Under the pieces are notes generated by a model. The model saw only the letters and a program-made list of their open reading frames with translations, was not told the DNA's origin and ran no database searches. Positions 1 through 8,606 of a DNA stretch of 64,000 bases are shown here, piece by piece (positions within the stretch are counted from its first letter, which is position 1; every line of letters starts with the position of its first letter). The stretch spans positions 1-64,000 of the forward strand of contig JBDRRF010000049.1 of NCBI GenBank assembly GCA_043825875.1. Direction: 5' to 3'. Source of the DNA: Pseudomonadota bacterium (GTDB taxonomy: Bacteria; Desulfobacterota; Desulfobacteria; Desulfobacterales; RPRI01). Both the position numbers and the translations under genes were made by a program.

Positions 1-88
1 GACCATTAGGAGTGCGGACCGATTCCACCAACTGATGCTGAATATATTTTTTGCCTTTTATAGATTTAACAGTTTCCCGGATAAACAT
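1..88 (-). CDS. IS1634-family transposase, 5' end (runs off the window start)
   Basis: ATG at 88-86 opens MFIRETVKSIKGKKYIQHQLVESVRTPNG, matching the MFIR...Y..LVES.R..G start typical of IS1634 transposases. Too short for the ORF track. Confidence 0.75.
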   Translation of the reverse strand, partial: MFIRETVKSIKGKKYIQHQLVESVRTPNG

Positions 89-248
89 GACGCATGCATA
101 CTATCCTTTTCCAACCATGTCAAGCATTAGTTTCTATTTTCAGTCACTACATTGGCATTTCGACAAACAGAATACTATAATATCAAATAGTTAGATAGTT
201 ATGACCGCCAAATATAATAGATTTTTGCCTGTTTTTGTCGAACTTGGG
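1..248 (-). mobile_element. Left end of an IS1634-like insertion sequence
   Basis: Minus strand begins CCCAAGTTCGACAAAAACAG at 248, 160 bp upstream of the transposase ATG. An inverted partial copy TTCGACAAACAG lies at 159-170 and an IHF-consensus site TATCAAATAGTTA at 181-193. Confidence 0.6.
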
Positions 249-260
249 TTAAATTATATT

Positions 261-424
261 GAGCCACTTTCAAAACATTTCAGTTTGGTCAAGCTCAAGG
301 CGGGAGAAAATTTCAACCACAGGAATGCATTTAGTATTTCGAGGATAGCGCTAAAGCTTCACTTCGTGCGAAATTTGAGCCCAACGCAGAGATCGGCCTA
401 AATGGGGCGTTTTGAAACTGGCTC
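261..424 (+). mobile_element. MITE copy 1 (164 bp, with an extra internal segment at 347-369)
   Basis: Termini GAGCCACTTTCAAAAC...GTTTTGAAACTGGCTC, flanked by the direct repeat ATATT (256-260 and 425-429). Confidence 0.9.
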
Positions 425-1040
425 ATATTGCTTTCAAAAATTTAAGCCCGTCGCAAAACAGAATAAATGCTAAAATACAAAGCAGCACGCCAAGAAATCG
501 CATGATGTATATGTAAACACTACTGTTCAAAAAATATTTTGATTTGCCGACAAGTATAGCCAGCGCAATTTTTGATCCTACCAGAAAAGTATAAAAACTG
601 ACGATAAAAGCTAAAGCAGAAGTAATATTTTGGTTTAGTGCTTTATTTATTATAGGGGCGCCAATACTAAACCAAAAAAGATAGGGGTGGGGGTTAAGTA
701 TATTTGCCAGTATCCCTTTTGTTATTGATTTTGGTTTTATCTCATTATAATTAAGTTTTACTCCTTTTGTGCAGATACTTTTGTAACCTAAAAATAAAAT
801 AAAGCAGCCGCCGATCAGTGAAATTATTCCTAAAATATCATGAAAATTTGACAACTTTGATAAAACAAACAATGTCAAAATGATTATTGGAATATCTGTG
901 ATAACTGGAGCGAGTGCAACCTTGATACCGGATTTGATATCGTGTTGAATGGTTTCGGAAATCACAAGTGCCAAAAGCGGCCCCGGAGCAAACCCTGCTG
1001 ATAAGCCCATCACTGTCCCGATTGTAAAAAAAAATATCAT
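423..1040 (-). CDS. LysE family translocator
   Basis: Hydrophobic 205 aa with PGP near the N-terminus and G...N.LNP motif. Confidence 0.85.
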   Translation of the reverse strand: MIFFFTIGTVMGLSAGFAPGPLLALVISETIQHDIKSGIKVALAPVITDIPIIILTLFVLSKLSNFHDILGIISLIGGCFILFLGYKSICTKGVKLNYNEIKPKSITKGILANILNPHPYLFWFSIGAPIINKALNQNITSALAFIVSFYTFLVGSKIALAILVGKSKYFLNSSVYIYIMRFLGVLLCILAFILFCDGLKFLKAI

Positions 1041-1069
1041 TTCAATTTTTAAAAAGTTTTATAATAGTA

Positions 1070-1211
1070 GAGCCACTTTCAAAACGTTTCAGTTTGGTCA
1101 AGGTCAAGGCGGGTGAAAATTTTAACCGCAGGAATACATAGAGTATTTCGAGGATTAAAATTTTCACCCAACGCAGAGATCGGCCAAAATGGGACGTTTT
1201 GAAACTGGCTC
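1070..1211 (+). mobile_element. MITE copy 2 (142 bp)
   Basis: Same termini; AGTA duplicated at 1066-1069 and 1212-1215. Confidence 0.9.
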
Positions 1212-1243
1212 AGTAGTTTGTGCTGCTCTTATAGAAATATGTG

Positions 1244-1531
1244 TCAGCAGCACTTATTACGCACACTAAAAAATTTTTGTTCATTAATCCATTCTTTAAT
1301 TATTCCATTTGCGCAACCGACACCGGCATCAACAAAAATAGCAGTCGAAGGACAATTCCTGGCGCAGGCACCACACTCTATGCAGGCATCGAAACCTGTG
1401 ATCATGGCTTTTCCTTCTTCTAGTGAAAACACCTGATGTGGACAAACTTCCAGACATATGCCGCAACCAATACATTTATTTGAATCAAGTTTAAGTGTTG
1501 ACACATTACTCAGATAGCTAAAACCTTTCAT
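1244..1531 (-). CDS. hgcB: Mercury methylation ferredoxin HgcB (2x[4Fe-4S])
   Basis: CIGCGICLEVCP and CIECGACARNCP motifs, GVGCA, C-terminal CC; directly downstream of hgcA. Start at 1531 (MKGFSY) has a GGAGGA RBS. Confidence 0.95.
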   Translation of the reverse strand: MKGFSYLSNVSTLKLDSNKCIGCGICLEVCPHQVFSLEEGKAMITGFDACIECGACARNCPSTAIFVDAGVGCANGIIKEWINEQKFFSVRNKCC

Positions 1532-1547
1532 AGATCCTCCGGGTTCT

Positions 1548-2714
1548 TCACAGAAATTTTCCCGCAAATACAAAGAATACACTCAGTATAACTGCAATTG
1601 CCATAACAGGTACCGCGAACCGTATCTCCTTTTTTACTCCCGAACGTGAAGTAAAGGGAGTACAGCCGGTAAAATTAAGTGTGTAAAAGGCGCTTACTGC
1701 AGGGATAGCCAGAAAAGCAGCAGCAGTAACCAATACATTCCAAACTTGTCCGTCGGCAAGAAAATAAAAGGCTGTAGCCCATGCTAATCCTGTTAGAAAA
1801 CCCTTGAAGGCAAAGCTCTTTCCGGGAAGCCATGGAAGAAGCAGCGGTGCAACCGCGATACCGGAAAACACAGCGCCAAGATATGCGTAAACTGCCATCA
1901 GACCATAGTGAATTCCATTCAACACTGTTGCTATAATAAACATTGTTGCCACTGCAATGACAGTTACTTTCATTTCCAGCAACAATTCAACAGGGATGAG
2001 TACCGCTCGCTCCCGGAAAGTGAAAGTTTGTTCCTGCATTTGAGCTGTTGTTTTCATGTTGTTTTCCAGATATTGCACAATATCTCCGGCCCGTATTGCA
2101 GCATATCTGATGTTAAAGCCGGTTTGCCTTTTCACTTCGTGAGCCGCCACTCCTGGTGCACCCAAAATCGGCAGAATAAGACGGTGGTGAGATACAACCC
2201 TGGCCAGATTGGATAAAGCTATACGCTGCACCAGTTCTTGTGTGCTGAAAGACCCTTTTCCGGCAGCACACCACACATTGATACCATAGGTCTCAAGGAC
2301 GAGAAGCCAGGCATTATATCCTGTCAGAACACTGCGGACGATGTCATAGGTCATTTTATAGTTGGCGGTTACCAGTACCGGATCATCTTCTGTCGGAGTT
2401 CCGATTGCATAAAGGCCGGGCGGTACTATATAATTCATACGACCAACACCCCAGCGGGCTTTCCAGGTTCCGAGATGATCGGCAAAGGTAAGCTTTGTGG
2501 AAATTTGGGGCACATATCCAGCTACTGTAGATAGCCATTTAATAAAACCCGGAACTTTCTCGTTTATTTCTCCGCCACCGGCAGATGTTGGTGGCCCTCA
2601 GCAGGTAGGTTTATCGACTGAAGACCCTTTGGTTGATTCAATTATCGGTGTCAGCTTAAACTGTGTATTATCAAGTTTCTGTAGAGATAATCTGTTATTT
2701 TTTTCAAGAGGCAT
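1548..2714 (-). CDS. hgcA: Mercury methylation corrinoid protein HgcA, probably 388 aa with selenocysteine at residue 39
   Basis: Cap-helix motif GINVWCAAGKG, TANYK motif, C-terminal TM helices. The frame stays open from 2513 up to ATG 2714 (GGAG RBS) except for one TGA at 2600-2598 within PTC*GPP. Confidence 0.93.
2571..2585 (-). promoter_or_regulatory. Candidate bacterial SECIS hairpin
   Basis: UCUGCC-GGU-GGCGGA stem-loop with a G-containing apical loop, starting 12 nt after the in-frame UGA. Confidence 0.6.
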
Positions 2715-2752
2715 ACTTAACTCCAACATTAGTTTTGAATGAACACTTGCTA

Positions 2753-3349
2753 TTATTTGCCCCAAATGGGTGTAAAACTAAACTTTTGGCCGCCAATGGC
2801 TGCTTCATACATTAATCCACCTTTGGCGTGAATAAATACGGCCATACCCTTTATATATTTGGTTTTTGCCTGTACCCCGGTTCGCGGACCTGCGCTTGCG
2901 CCGATAGATGCACCCTGGGTACCTGTTTGCATTTGAGCGCCTGCTGTTACGGCAACGGCTGATGCCTGGGCATTAAAGGCAAACTCACCGCTGGTAAATT
3001 CATCGTAAGCCCGTTTATCCTGGAAAAATATTATTTCACTAAAAGCCTGGCCGCCGGCCTGCCAGCCTACCGACATTTTTACCAGGGATGCTACCCCGGT
3101 TACTTTACCGCCTTTATATACCTTCCCATTGCCGTAAGCCCCGCCCACAAAAAAACCACCTTTTCCGATTACCGGAAAAACGGCATAGCCATATGCACTT
3201 TTGAAAAACGGTTGAACTGCTTTGGATTTCTTAAATAATTTGATCGTGCCTGAATAGTTTTCGGCATGCGCAAAACCGGCAAAATTCAATGCAAAAATAG
3301 CCACGATAATTAAAACACAAAATTTAATATTTCTCCCTTTTTCCTTCAT
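2753..3349 (-). CDS. Exported Ysc84/SYLF lipid-binding domain protein
   Basis: Signal peptide ending AHA; AYGYAVFP..GKGGFFVGGAYGNG, SVGWQAGGQ, KGGLMYEAAIGGQKF. Start MKEK at 3349 has an AGGAG RBS. Confidence 0.85.
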   Translation of the reverse strand: MKEKGRNIKFCVLIIVAIFALNFAGFAHAENYSGTIKLFKKSKAVQPFFKSAYGYAVFPVIGKGGFFVGGAYGNGKVYKGGKVTGVASLVKMSVGWQAGGQAFSEIIFFQDKRAYDEFTSGEFAFNAQASAVAVTAGAQMQTGTQGASIGASAGPRTGVQAKTKYIKGMAVFIHAKGGLMYEAAIGGQKFSFTPIWGK

Positions 3350-3657
3350 TTTGCTCTCCTTTTCTATATTGAGCCAAAACTGGCCTGTTTGCTCAAAAAT
3401 GAACAAGCAGGCCTCTGATTTTACTGTTTAGGCCAAATAGATGTTGTGTCCATAGGTTAAACTTTCTATTGCTGAGAAATAGAATGAATAGTAAGAATTA
3501 ATTTTACAATCAAATATAAGGGATTCGATTGAAAATATCAAGGAGGCTGGTAGTTCTTTATTTATAATGAGGATAAAGCAGAAATAATCAGTTTCGGATA
3601 AGTCAGAAGTAAAGACTTTTCCATTTTAAAATATTTCGATGGGTAGAGATAATATTT

Positions 3658-4110
3658 ATGATGGTAAAATATTATGAAGATTTCACTATAGGTGTTGAAG
3701 AGGCTGTTGGAAGTCATGCTGTGGATAAACAGGAAATTATTGATTACGCAATAAAATGGGACCCGCAGCCGATTCACATTGATGAAGAAAAAGCAAGAAA
3801 ATCGGATTTCAAAGGTCTTATTGCAGCCGGATCTCATATCTTTGCGATTTCAATTTTAATCATAAACAATTGGGAATACAAAGTTAAGGCAATTGCCATG
3901 CTTGGTATGGATGAAGTAAGGTTTAAACATGCAGTGCGTCCCGGAGATGTACTTTCATTATCGCATAAATGTATTTATAAACGGGAATCTGAAAATCAAA
4001 AGGATCGTGGAATAATAAAAAACAGGATAAACCTTAAAAACCAAAATGATGAAATTGTACTTACATATATTGATATTATGCTTATAGCAAAGAGTAATAG
4101 AAATGATTAA
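3658..4110 (+). CDS. MaoC/PaaZ-like hotdog-fold dehydratase
   Basis: YYEDF.IG, WDPQPIHIDEE.A, GLIAAG, VRF..AVRPGD. Confidence 0.85.
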   Translation: MMVKYYEDFTIGVEEAVGSHAVDKQEIIDYAIKWDPQPIHIDEEKARKSDFKGLIAAGSHIFAISILIINNWEYKVKAIAMLGMDEVRFKHAVRPGDVLSLSHKCIYKRESENQKDRGIIKNRINLKNQNDEIVLTYIDIMLIAKSNRND

Positions 4111-4112
4111 AC

Positions 4113-4153
4113 AAACCCGCTTTCAAAGTAGGATATTTTGAAAGCGGGTTTTT
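4113..4153. terminator. Bidirectional intrinsic terminator
   Basis: AAACCCGCTTTCAAA / TTTGAAAGCGGGTTT inverted repeat between convergent genes. Confidence 0.8.
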
Positions 4154-4176
4154 AGATTTAGAATTTACATTGGCAA

Positions 4177-4914
4177 TTACTTTGTTTTGGGGCTTTTGAA
4201 TGCAATCAAGCATCCGAAAAGTATGATAATGGCACCAAATATGGGTAAAAAATAGGAGCCACCTTCCATACCCGGTTCAAGGGCGGCTATTTCTGGATCA
4301 TCCGGGTCATAGTATACTTTTACAGATTTTCCCTCGGGGTATTTATTTACGAGTGTACGCGCAGACCCCCTTTTTTGTCCGCCAAAGGAAACACGGTTTG
4401 AAGTATAGCTGGTTCCCTCAACCTGATACTCATATTGGATGATTGCCACATAGTATGTCCTGGTCTTTTTACTGCTTCCGGAACCTTCGGTGCTTTTGCG
4501 TTCTTCTGTTTTACTAGTGATTACGGTACCCGATACTGTTGGCCAGTTAACACTTTCTTTAGCTTTTGAAATTTCACCAATACCATAACTTATAAAGGCG
4601 ATACCTACAAGCGCGATACCCAGGCCGCTTATTGCCTTTTTCATACGCACCGAAGCATTTGCTATACCAAACCCTAAAACTGCGAGTCCGGCCCCGGCAA
4701 TTCCCATGCCGGCATTTATGGCTCCGCAGAATAAAACGATCACACCGATCAGCAGAAGCACACCTCCAGCGATTTTCTTGAACCACCCAACACCGGTGCG
4801 CACTTTATCTCCGACCGAGTCGTTTACTTTCCGGCCGAATTCCAGTACCGCTTCTTTTCTCTCTTCTTCACTCATGTCTTTAAGATCTTTTAATTCTGTC
4901 ATATTTCCCTCCAT
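4177..4914 (-). CDS. DUF3592-like membrane protein
   Basis: TM helices, then NWPTVSGTVI...IQYEYQVEG..Y...YPEGKSVKVYYDPDDP, and a C-terminal TM. Confidence 0.75.
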   Translation of the reverse strand: MEGNMTELKDLKDMSEEERKEAVLEFGRKVNDSVGDKVRTGVGWFKKIAGGVLLLIGVIVLFCGAINAGMGIAGAGLAVLGFGIANASVRMKKAISGLGIALVGIAFISYGIGEISKAKESVNWPTVSGTVITSKTEERKSTEGSGSSKKTRTYYVAIIQYEYQVEGTSYTSNRVSFGGQKRGSARTLVNKYPEGKSVKVYYDPDDPEIAALEPGMEGGSYFLPIFGAIIILFGCLIAFKSPKTK

Positions 4915-4931
4915 TCAATTTGTGGCAAATC

Positions 4932-5921
4932 TTATGCTTTGTTCCAGATACGAGTATTAAGATTCAAATCCTCCACAATATTTATGGCAATCTGTAAGTC
5001 TTCAAAATATTCTTCTATTTTTGAAAAAACGATTAAAGAAGAAAAAATACTTGGTTCAAAAAGGGTTTTTTCATAAGATATGGCTACAAACAATTTTGAG
5101 GCAACAAATGAAAAATAAATTTCCTTATTTGTCTTATTTTGAAAATCAACGATTCGTTTCATCAGGCTTGTTGATAAAACATATCGTGATTCTATCTGAT
5201 CATCTCCGTATACTACAAACATTTTTTCAAATTCGGGATCTTCAAGCTTGATCAATTCTCCGCGGGTTATGTTCATGGATTGAAGTTTTTGACCCATACG
5301 TCCGAAAAGTTTCTCCGCTTTGTCAGGCAACACGATTGTTTTGTGGGTAAAATTCTTGTTAAAATCAGCCACAAAAAAAAGCCCTTTAAAAACTGGGTAG
5401 GTTCTGGTTTCTCTTTTTCTATTGCTTTGAGATCCGGTTTTTGGCGGGCCTGTTTTTTCTATATGTTTGACATTGAGCTCAGAAAACTGAATATCGGTTT
5501 CTCCTATTTTCCCAAAGACAAAATCATCTCCTCCATAGCTGTCTGCTCTGGCCTGGAAAATTTGGCTCTCAAGAAAAAATGATTTAGGCACATATTTATC
5601 CTTGTCATAGGACAGGCCTGGATCAACAAACACAACAATTTTTTGAATAACCTGTTTTTTGTAATTACTTAAGAATTCACGGTAAAAAGAAAAATACCAG
5701 CCCATGAGGAGAACTGCACAAATGGAAATAGGGATTATCATAAAATAAATTGATAAGCTAAAATGACCGATCAGCCACAATGAAATGACTGTTACAACCA
5801 CCCCAATGGCAATCAATGGATTTAATTTCTTTTTTATTTTTATTCTATGATCATCTAATATCTGAAGTTCAGGCAGGATGTTCTTTTCATAATATTGCTT
5901 CAATTCTTCGCTGGTTTTCAT
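4932..5921 (-). CDS. DUF3137 family membrane protein
   Basis: Two N-terminal TMs, FKGLFFVADFNKNF, KLEDPEFEKMFVVY.DDQIESRYVL; adjacent to lemA. Confidence 0.8.
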   Translation of the reverse strand: MKTSEELKQYYEKNILPELQILDDHRIKIKKKLNPLIAIGVVVTVISLWLIGHFSLSIYFMIIPISICAVLLMGWYFSFYREFLSNYKKQVIQKIVVFVDPGLSYDKDKYVPKSFFLESQIFQARADSYGGDDFVFGKIGETDIQFSELNVKHIEKTGPPKTGSQSNRKRETRTYPVFKGLFFVADFNKNFTHKTIVLPDKAEKLFGRMGQKLQSMNITRGELIKLEDPEFEKMFVVYGDDQIESRYVLSTSLMKRIVDFQNKTNKEIYFSFVASKLFVAISYEKTLFEPSIFSSLIVFSKIEEYFEDLQIAINIVEDLNLNTRIWNKA

Positions 5922-5953
5922 GAGAACCTCCTGTAGCAGGTACGCAAAAAATG

Positions 5954-6508
5954 TTAATCGGCAAACATATCTTTTACGCTGATATTTGCCCTTTCATTTT
6001 CAGCAATTTCAAACAGGGCTTTCTTTTTATACTTTAATACTGCGGCTACAAAATTGGTGGGAATCATTTCAAGCGCATTATTGTAATCTGTTACAGCCGA
6101 ATTGTAGGACCGTCTTGCAGCGGAAATCTGCTCTTCAATTTCATTTAAAGCAGCTTGTAATTGGAGAAAATTTTGATTGGCTTTGAGATCAGGATAATTT
6201 TCTACCGCAACCATAATCCCTTTAAGTGCGCCGGACATTTTATTGTCAAACTCAACTTTCTCATCATCTGAAAGTTGACCTGAAATGGCTTTGGTACGTA
6301 ATTGTGTAATTTCGGTTAAAACGCCTGCTTCATGCTTCATATATGTTTTAACCGATGAAATCAGATTTGGTATAAGGTCATATCTTTTTTTCAATAGAGC
6401 ATCTATGCCGGCAAATGCATTTATTGTCTGGTTTTTCTTGTTGACCACACTGTTATACAAGAGAATAAATATAAAAGTGATTGCTGCAATGATAATAATT
6501 GCCCACAT
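5954..6508 (-). CDS. lemA: LemA family protein
   Basis: KKRYDLIPNL, ENYPDLKANQNF.LQ, E.ISAARR.YN. Confidence 0.92.
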   Translation of the reverse strand: MWAIIIIAAITFIFILLYNSVVNKKNQTINAFAGIDALLKKRYDLIPNLISSVKTYMKHEAGVLTEITQLRTKAISGQLSDDEKVEFDNKMSGALKGIMVAVENYPDLKANQNFLQLQAALNEIEEQISAARRSYNSAVTDYNNALEMIPTNFVAAVLKYKKKALFEIAENERANISVKDMFAD

Positions 6509-6822
6509 ATTTCTGTTCCCTCCTTTCTTTTTAGCAAGGCCGGTTTAGAAAAATGAGAAGTAAAATTTAACAAACAATTTTAGCTGAACCGCTACTTTAT
6601 TTTATTAAGATTTTATGTAAGAATGGAGCAATGAAAAAACACTATTGCATTTTACAACTTGAAAGAAGCATTAATTAATTTTGTAGCATCTGTCAAAACA
6701 AAAATGGAAAACAGAACCGGATATTCATCTAATTAGGTTGAAGGTTCTGGTATGAAATGGTATTGATATTAAAAATAACAGCATTTTTTATAAAGAAAAG
6801 ATGACAGTATTTATATCGATTT

Positions 6823-7608
6823 ATGACAAATATAAAAAATATTATTGATAGTCACGTCCATCTCGATTTGATTGAGCAATTTCATCCTCATCGGATCAAA
6901 TGGCTTAAAGAAAAAAAATGTATTGTGATTTCATGGTCGTATTTTGAAGGAATCGATTCGATTTCACAGTTGCAACACAGCCTTGAGTTTAAAGCTAAAT
7001 GCATCCGAAAACATTATGCAGACGGTCTTAAATGCTATTATCTTGCCGGAGTTCATCCCCGCTCAATACCTCAGGATTTAAAGCCTGAAATAATCGAGTC
7101 GCTTCTTAAACCTTATATTGATGATCCACTTTGTCTCGGAATAGGGGAGATTGGGCTTGAAACCTTTGATGCCAAAGAACGGGAGATTTTTATCGCTCAG
7201 ATAGAACTTGGAAAAAACTTTTCAAAACGCGGGAAAATCATAGGAGTTCATACTTCCAGGACAAATAAGCTATCTGCTACTGAAAGCACCTTGAAAATTT
7301 TAGATCATTTTACTGATATTGCACCAACACTTGTTATTGACCACTGTTCAATTGAAACGATCAATCTTGTTCTTAATGCAGGCTTTTGTGCCGGAGTAAC
7401 CTTAAGTAAGATCAAAACCTCCTGGGATGAAATGAAAAAGATAGTTTCAACTCATTCGGATAAAATTGACCGTATTATGTGCAACACAGATTCAGGCACG
7501 GAGTTTTTTGAAGATGTGCTGCAATTTAAAAATTCCGATGATGTGCCAGCAGATATCAGCGAGAAAATATTTTATCTAAATGCAGCACAATTTTTCAAAA
7601 TAAATTAA
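6823..7608 (+). CDS. TatD-like metal-dependent hydrolase
   Basis: IDSHVH, GVHP, IGEIGLE, VHT, DH, NTD motifs. Confidence 0.8.
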   Translation: MTNIKNIIDSHVHLDLIEQFHPHRIKWLKEKKCIVISWSYFEGIDSISQLQHSLEFKAKCIRKHYADGLKCYYLAGVHPRSIPQDLKPEIIESLLKPYIDDPLCLGIGEIGLETFDAKEREIFIAQIELGKNFSKRGKIIGVHTSRTNKLSATESTLKILDHFTDIAPTLVIDHCSIETINLVLNAGFCAGVTLSKIKTSWDEMKKIVSTHSDKIDRIMCNTDSGTEFFEDVLQFKNSDDVPADISEKIFYLNAAQFFKIN

Positions 7609-7625
7609 AGAGCAGGAGGCCCGTT

Positions 7626-8594
7626 ATGGAAGCACAGCTAAATGCGACCCGTTTAAAAACTATGTATGAAAAAATGGTTATGATAAGAAAATTTGAGGAG
7701 CGTATAATAGAGCTTATACAGGAACAAGGAAGGATTCCGGGCATGCAAATCCTTGCCAACGGGCAGGAAGCAGTTGCTGTCGGGATCGTAGAAGCCTTGA
7801 ATGCCGATGATGTGATTGTCAGCAATCACAGAAGTCATGGGCATCTTCTCGCAAAAGGGGCTGATCCAAAATATCTTATGGCAGAAATTATGGGAAAGTC
7901 TGATGGAGTTAACAAAGGCAAGTCAGGAACGCTGCATTTGGCAGTACCTGAAGTAAGTGCGCTTATGACATCAACAGTAGTCGGAGCCGGGCCGCCTCTG
8001 GCCGCAGGAGTTGCATTTGCACAGCAATATAGAAACGAACCCAATATTACTGTAGTATTTTTCGGTGATGGTGCAGCCGCTGAGGGTAGTGTGCATGAGG
8101 CAATGAACCTTGCCGCTTTATGGAAATTGCCCGTTCTTTTTGTTTGTGAGAATAATTGCTGGGCAGGAGCTCAAAGCCTTGCCCAACACTGTTCTGTAGG
8201 AGAAATTGCCCAACGGGGGATTGCCTATGGTATGCCCGGCGAATATGTTGATGGTAATGATGTTGAAAAAGTTTATGCACTTGCCACATCTATGACGGAT
8301 TATTGCCGTAGCGGTAAAGGGCCCGCACTGATTGAGGCCAAAACCTACAGAATGCGAGGACATGGCGAAAATGATCATCAGCATTATGTGGAAAAAGAAG
8401 AGCTTGCTTTTTGGGAAAAAAAATGTCCTGTCAGTAATTTGAGAGAAAAGATGTTAAGAGAAAGTATAGTTACAGAAGATGAACTCCAGACAATTGAGAC
8501 AAATATTAATGCTATGGTTGATGAGGCTGTGGCTTTTGCAGATGAAAGCCCATATCCTCTTGCAGAAGAAGCATTGACTGATGTTTGGGTTTAA
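7626..8594 (+). CDS. TPP-dependent 2-oxoacid/acetoin dehydrogenase E1 alpha subunit
   Basis: GQEAVAVG, HRSHGH, FGDGA...HEAMNLAALWKLPVLFVCENN, TYRMRGH. Confidence 0.9.
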   Translation: MEAQLNATRLKTMYEKMVMIRKFEERIIELIQEQGRIPGMQILANGQEAVAVGIVEALNADDVIVSNHRSHGHLLAKGADPKYLMAEIMGKSDGVNKGKSGTLHLAVPEVSALMTSTVVGAGPPLAAGVAFAQQYRNEPNITVVFFGDGAAAEGSVHEAMNLAALWKLPVLFVCENNCWAGAQSLAQHCSVGEIAQRGIAYGMPGEYVDGNDVEKVYALATSMTDYCRSGKGPALIEAKTYRMRGHGENDHQHYVEKEELAFWEKKCPVSNLREKMLRESIVTEDELQTIETNINAMVDEAVAFADESPYPLAEEALTDVWV

Positions 8595-8606
8595 AACAGG
8601 AGGTTC

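Noticed and set aside
201..401. Short ORFs overlapping MITE copies (201-401, 38016-38225, 52497-52736, 52645-52845, 57724-58113, 57884-58081)
   Set aside because: They are translations of the repeat in different frames and strands, with no consistent start or RBS.
261..1211. Repeats considered as a CRISPR array or integron attC sites
   Set aside because: Copies are dispersed in both orientations, 142 bp long and carry target duplications. There are no regular spacers, cas genes or integrase.
1532..1582. ORF-track N-terminal extension of hgcB
   Set aside because: It overlaps the hgcA end. ATG 1531 has a strong RBS and gives a typical HgcB length.
2497..2742. 81-aa plus-strand ORF upstream of hgcA
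   Set aside because: It is the antisense shadow of the hgcA N-terminal extension.
3371..3413. GAGCCAAAACTGGC (possible collapsed MITE) and a GGCCTG...CAGGCC hairpin upstream of the SYLF gene
   Set aside because: The match is too short, has no target duplication, and shows no recognisable riboswitch motif.
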